A DNA stretch of 64,000 nt from an uncultured bacterium (GTDB lineage Bacteria; Desulfobacterota_D; UBA1144; Nemesobacterales; UBA2774), in NCBI GenBank assembly GCA_963825135.1, contig CAWGRW010000009.1, positions 1,312,001 through 1,376,000 of the forward strand, written 5' to 3'. A program made the position numbers and the translations under genes. Under the pieces are notes generated by a model. That model saw only the letters and a program-made list of their open reading frames with translations. It was not told the origin of the DNA and searched no databases. Shown piece by piece: positions 62,240 to 64,000 of the stretch (position 1 is its first letter; every line of letters begins with the position of its first letter).

Positions 62240-63349
62240 ATGTTTCACCTTCTTTATTTGCTGAAGGGCGATTTTATTCTTTTCAACGTATTCAGATACA
62301 TCACGTTCCGGTCGTTCGGGGCGGGCGTGACGGCTTTCCTGATCAGCATCGTCTTAGGCGGGGTCTTCATCAATTTCCTAAAGAAAAAGCAGTTCAGGGA
62401 AACTATCAGGGACGACGGACCTGCATCGCACAAGACAAAGGCGGGGACGCCTACGATGGGCGGGGCGTTTATAGTTTTAGCGATACTGTTCTCATCGCTC
62501 CTCTGGCTCAATCTCACGAGCGAAATAGTATGGGTGGTCCTCCTTTTTACGTTGAGCTACGCGCTTATAGGGTTTCTCGACGACTGGATGAAATATTCGA
62601 GGAAGAAGGGCATGAAGGCGAGGGTCAAGATGTCGCTTCAGATACTGTTCGGGGTGCTGTTCGTGCTTCTCATAATGAGCGATCTCCACGGCTTTACGAT
62701 GTCGGTGAGCGCGAACCAGGTTTCCGATTACTCCTTTTCGTCGGTCGTATTCCCGTTTTTCAAAAAGGCCGTGATCAATCTCGGCTGGTTCTATATCCCC
62801 CTCGCCCTGTTAGTCGTGGTGGGCGCTTCAAACGGCGTTAATCTCACAGACGGGCTCGACGGGCTCGCGATCGGCTCGATCGCGGTCGCGGCCGCGACGT
62901 ATACCATCTTCGCCTACCTTTCAGGCCACGTGGAATTCTCCAGATACCTCCAGATACCCTATATCCCCGAGGGCGGGGAGCTTGCGGTCTATCTTGCCGC
63001 CGTGGGAGGGGCGTGTCTCGGGTTCTTGTGGTACAACTCTCACCCGGCCCAGGTGTTCATGGGCGACGTCGGGTCCCTGGCGCTCGGCGCCGCGATCGGA
63101 TCCGTTGCGCTGATATTAAAGCAGGAGATACTTTTGATCCTCGTGGGCGGGGTCTTCGTGGCCGAGGCGCTGTCCGTTATCATACAGGTCGCGTCGTTCA
63201 AGCTCACGGGGAAAAGGGTGTTCAGGATGGCCCCCCTCCACCATCATTTCGAGCTCTCGGGCTGGTCGGAGTCCAAAGTGGTAATAAGGTTCTGGATAAT
63301 ATCGCTCGTTCTTTCCCTGTTCGCTCTGTCGACGCTGAAGCTCAGATAA
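62240..63349 (+). CDS. mraY: Phospho-MurNAc-pentapeptide transferase
   Basis: GTPTMGG, NLTDGLDGL, FMGDVGS, MAPLHHHFE. Confidence 0.98.
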   Translation: MFHLLYLLKGDFILFNVFRYITFRSFGAGVTAFLISIVLGGVFINFLKKKQFRETIRDDGPASHKTKAGTPTMGGAFIVLAILFSSLLWLNLTSEIVWVVLLFTLSYALIGFLDDWMKYSRKKGMKARVKMSLQILFGVLFVLLIMSDLHGFTMSVSANQVSDYSFSSVVFPFFKKAVINLGWFYIPLALLVVVGASNGVNLTDGLDGLAIGSIAVAAATYTIFAYLSGHVEFSRYLQIPYIPEGGELAVYLAAVGGACLGFLWYNSHPAQVFMGDVGSLALGAAIGSVALILKQEILLILVGGVFVAEALSVIIQVASFKLTGKRVFRMAPLHHHFELSGWSESKVVIRFWIISLVLSLFALSTLKLR

Positions 63350-63402
63350 CTGCAATAATAAAATTCGTGTATGTGCATGAAAGGCGGTGGCAATAAATTC
63401 AA

Positions 63403-64000
63403 ATGGAGTTAAGTGAAAGGAAAGTGCTCGTAGTCGGCGTCGGCAAGACAGGTATCGAGACCGTGAAATTCCTGCTCAAGAGGGGGGCGGACGTGTCCGT
63501 AAGCGACAATTCCCCGCTGGAGAAAATTACGGAGCAGGCGGGGATGCTCGAGTCCTGGGGCGTGGAGCTTGAATCAGGCGGGCATAAGAAGGAGACGTTT
63601 CTCGCGGCGGATTTGATAGTATTGAGCCCCGGAGTCCCGTTTAACATCCCCCCGGTGCAAGAGGCCGTTAGAAGCGGGATCGAGGTGATTAGCGAAGTCG
63701 AGCTCGCGTCGAGATACATCCGCAAGCCGACAATCGCCGTTACCGGCTCGAACGGGAAAACGACCACATCGACCCTCATCGCCCGCATACTGGAGAAAAA
63801 CGGCAGGAAGGTCTTCCTCGGAGCGAACATAGGCACCCCGCTCATAAAAATCGCCGACGACTGGGAGCAGTACGATATACTCGTGCTGGAACTGAGCAGC
63901 TTCCAGCTCCAGGGCATCGAAACGTTCCGGCCGGACGTCGCCGTCATACTGAATATCTCCCCCAATCACCTGGACCATCATTCGAGCTTCGAGGAATACG
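63403..64000 (+). CDS. murD: UDP-MurNAc-Ala:D-Glu ligase (3' end outside window)
   Basis: MELSERKVLVVGVGKTG, SPGVP, TGSNGKTT, ELSSFQL, NHLDHH; follows mraY. Confidence 0.96.
   Translation, partial: MELSERKVLVVGVGKTGIETVKFLLKRGADVSVSDNSPLEKITEQAGMLESWGVELESGGHKKETFLAADLIVLSPGVPFNIPPVQEAVRSGIEVISEVELASRYIRKPTIAVTGSNGKTTTSTLIARILEKNGRKVFLGANIGTPLIKIADDWEQYDILVLELSSFQLQGIETFRPDVAVILNISPNHLDHHSSFEEY

Overview
Gene-dense core-chromosome segment of a diderm bacterium. Gene style suggests a Desulfobacterota/Ca. Dadabacteria-like organism (inference only). Contents, in order: gltB (partial)-gltD; an aldehyde dehydrogenase with an HTH-receiver regulator; bioB-bioA-bioF; lsrF with a Zn dehydrogenase; polA; argC-acyl-AMP ligase-ACP; a MerR-like HTH gene divergent from an unknown protein, followed by an extra sigma70; nth; an isolated nuoJKL; sigma54-type glnB-glnA; a divergent sigma54-type MshEN-like/pseudo-receiver gene; a CdaA-YbbR fusion; frameshifted glycerate kinase and cysteine desulfurase genes; a secreted protein with three 8-Cys repeats; def-budA-cyclase; gcvTHP; recJ, aroQ, murJ; and the start of the dcw cluster (mraZ to murD). 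I recognised no rRNA, tRNA, CRISPR array, transposase or integrase. Best leads: the 24-Cys secreted repeat protein, the degenerate MshEN/PilG-like pseudo-receiver module, a MerR-like + SCO4090-like + sigma factor module, an apparent ATT start for bioB, and several apparently leaderless genes. All family assignments come from motif recognition, not database searches.
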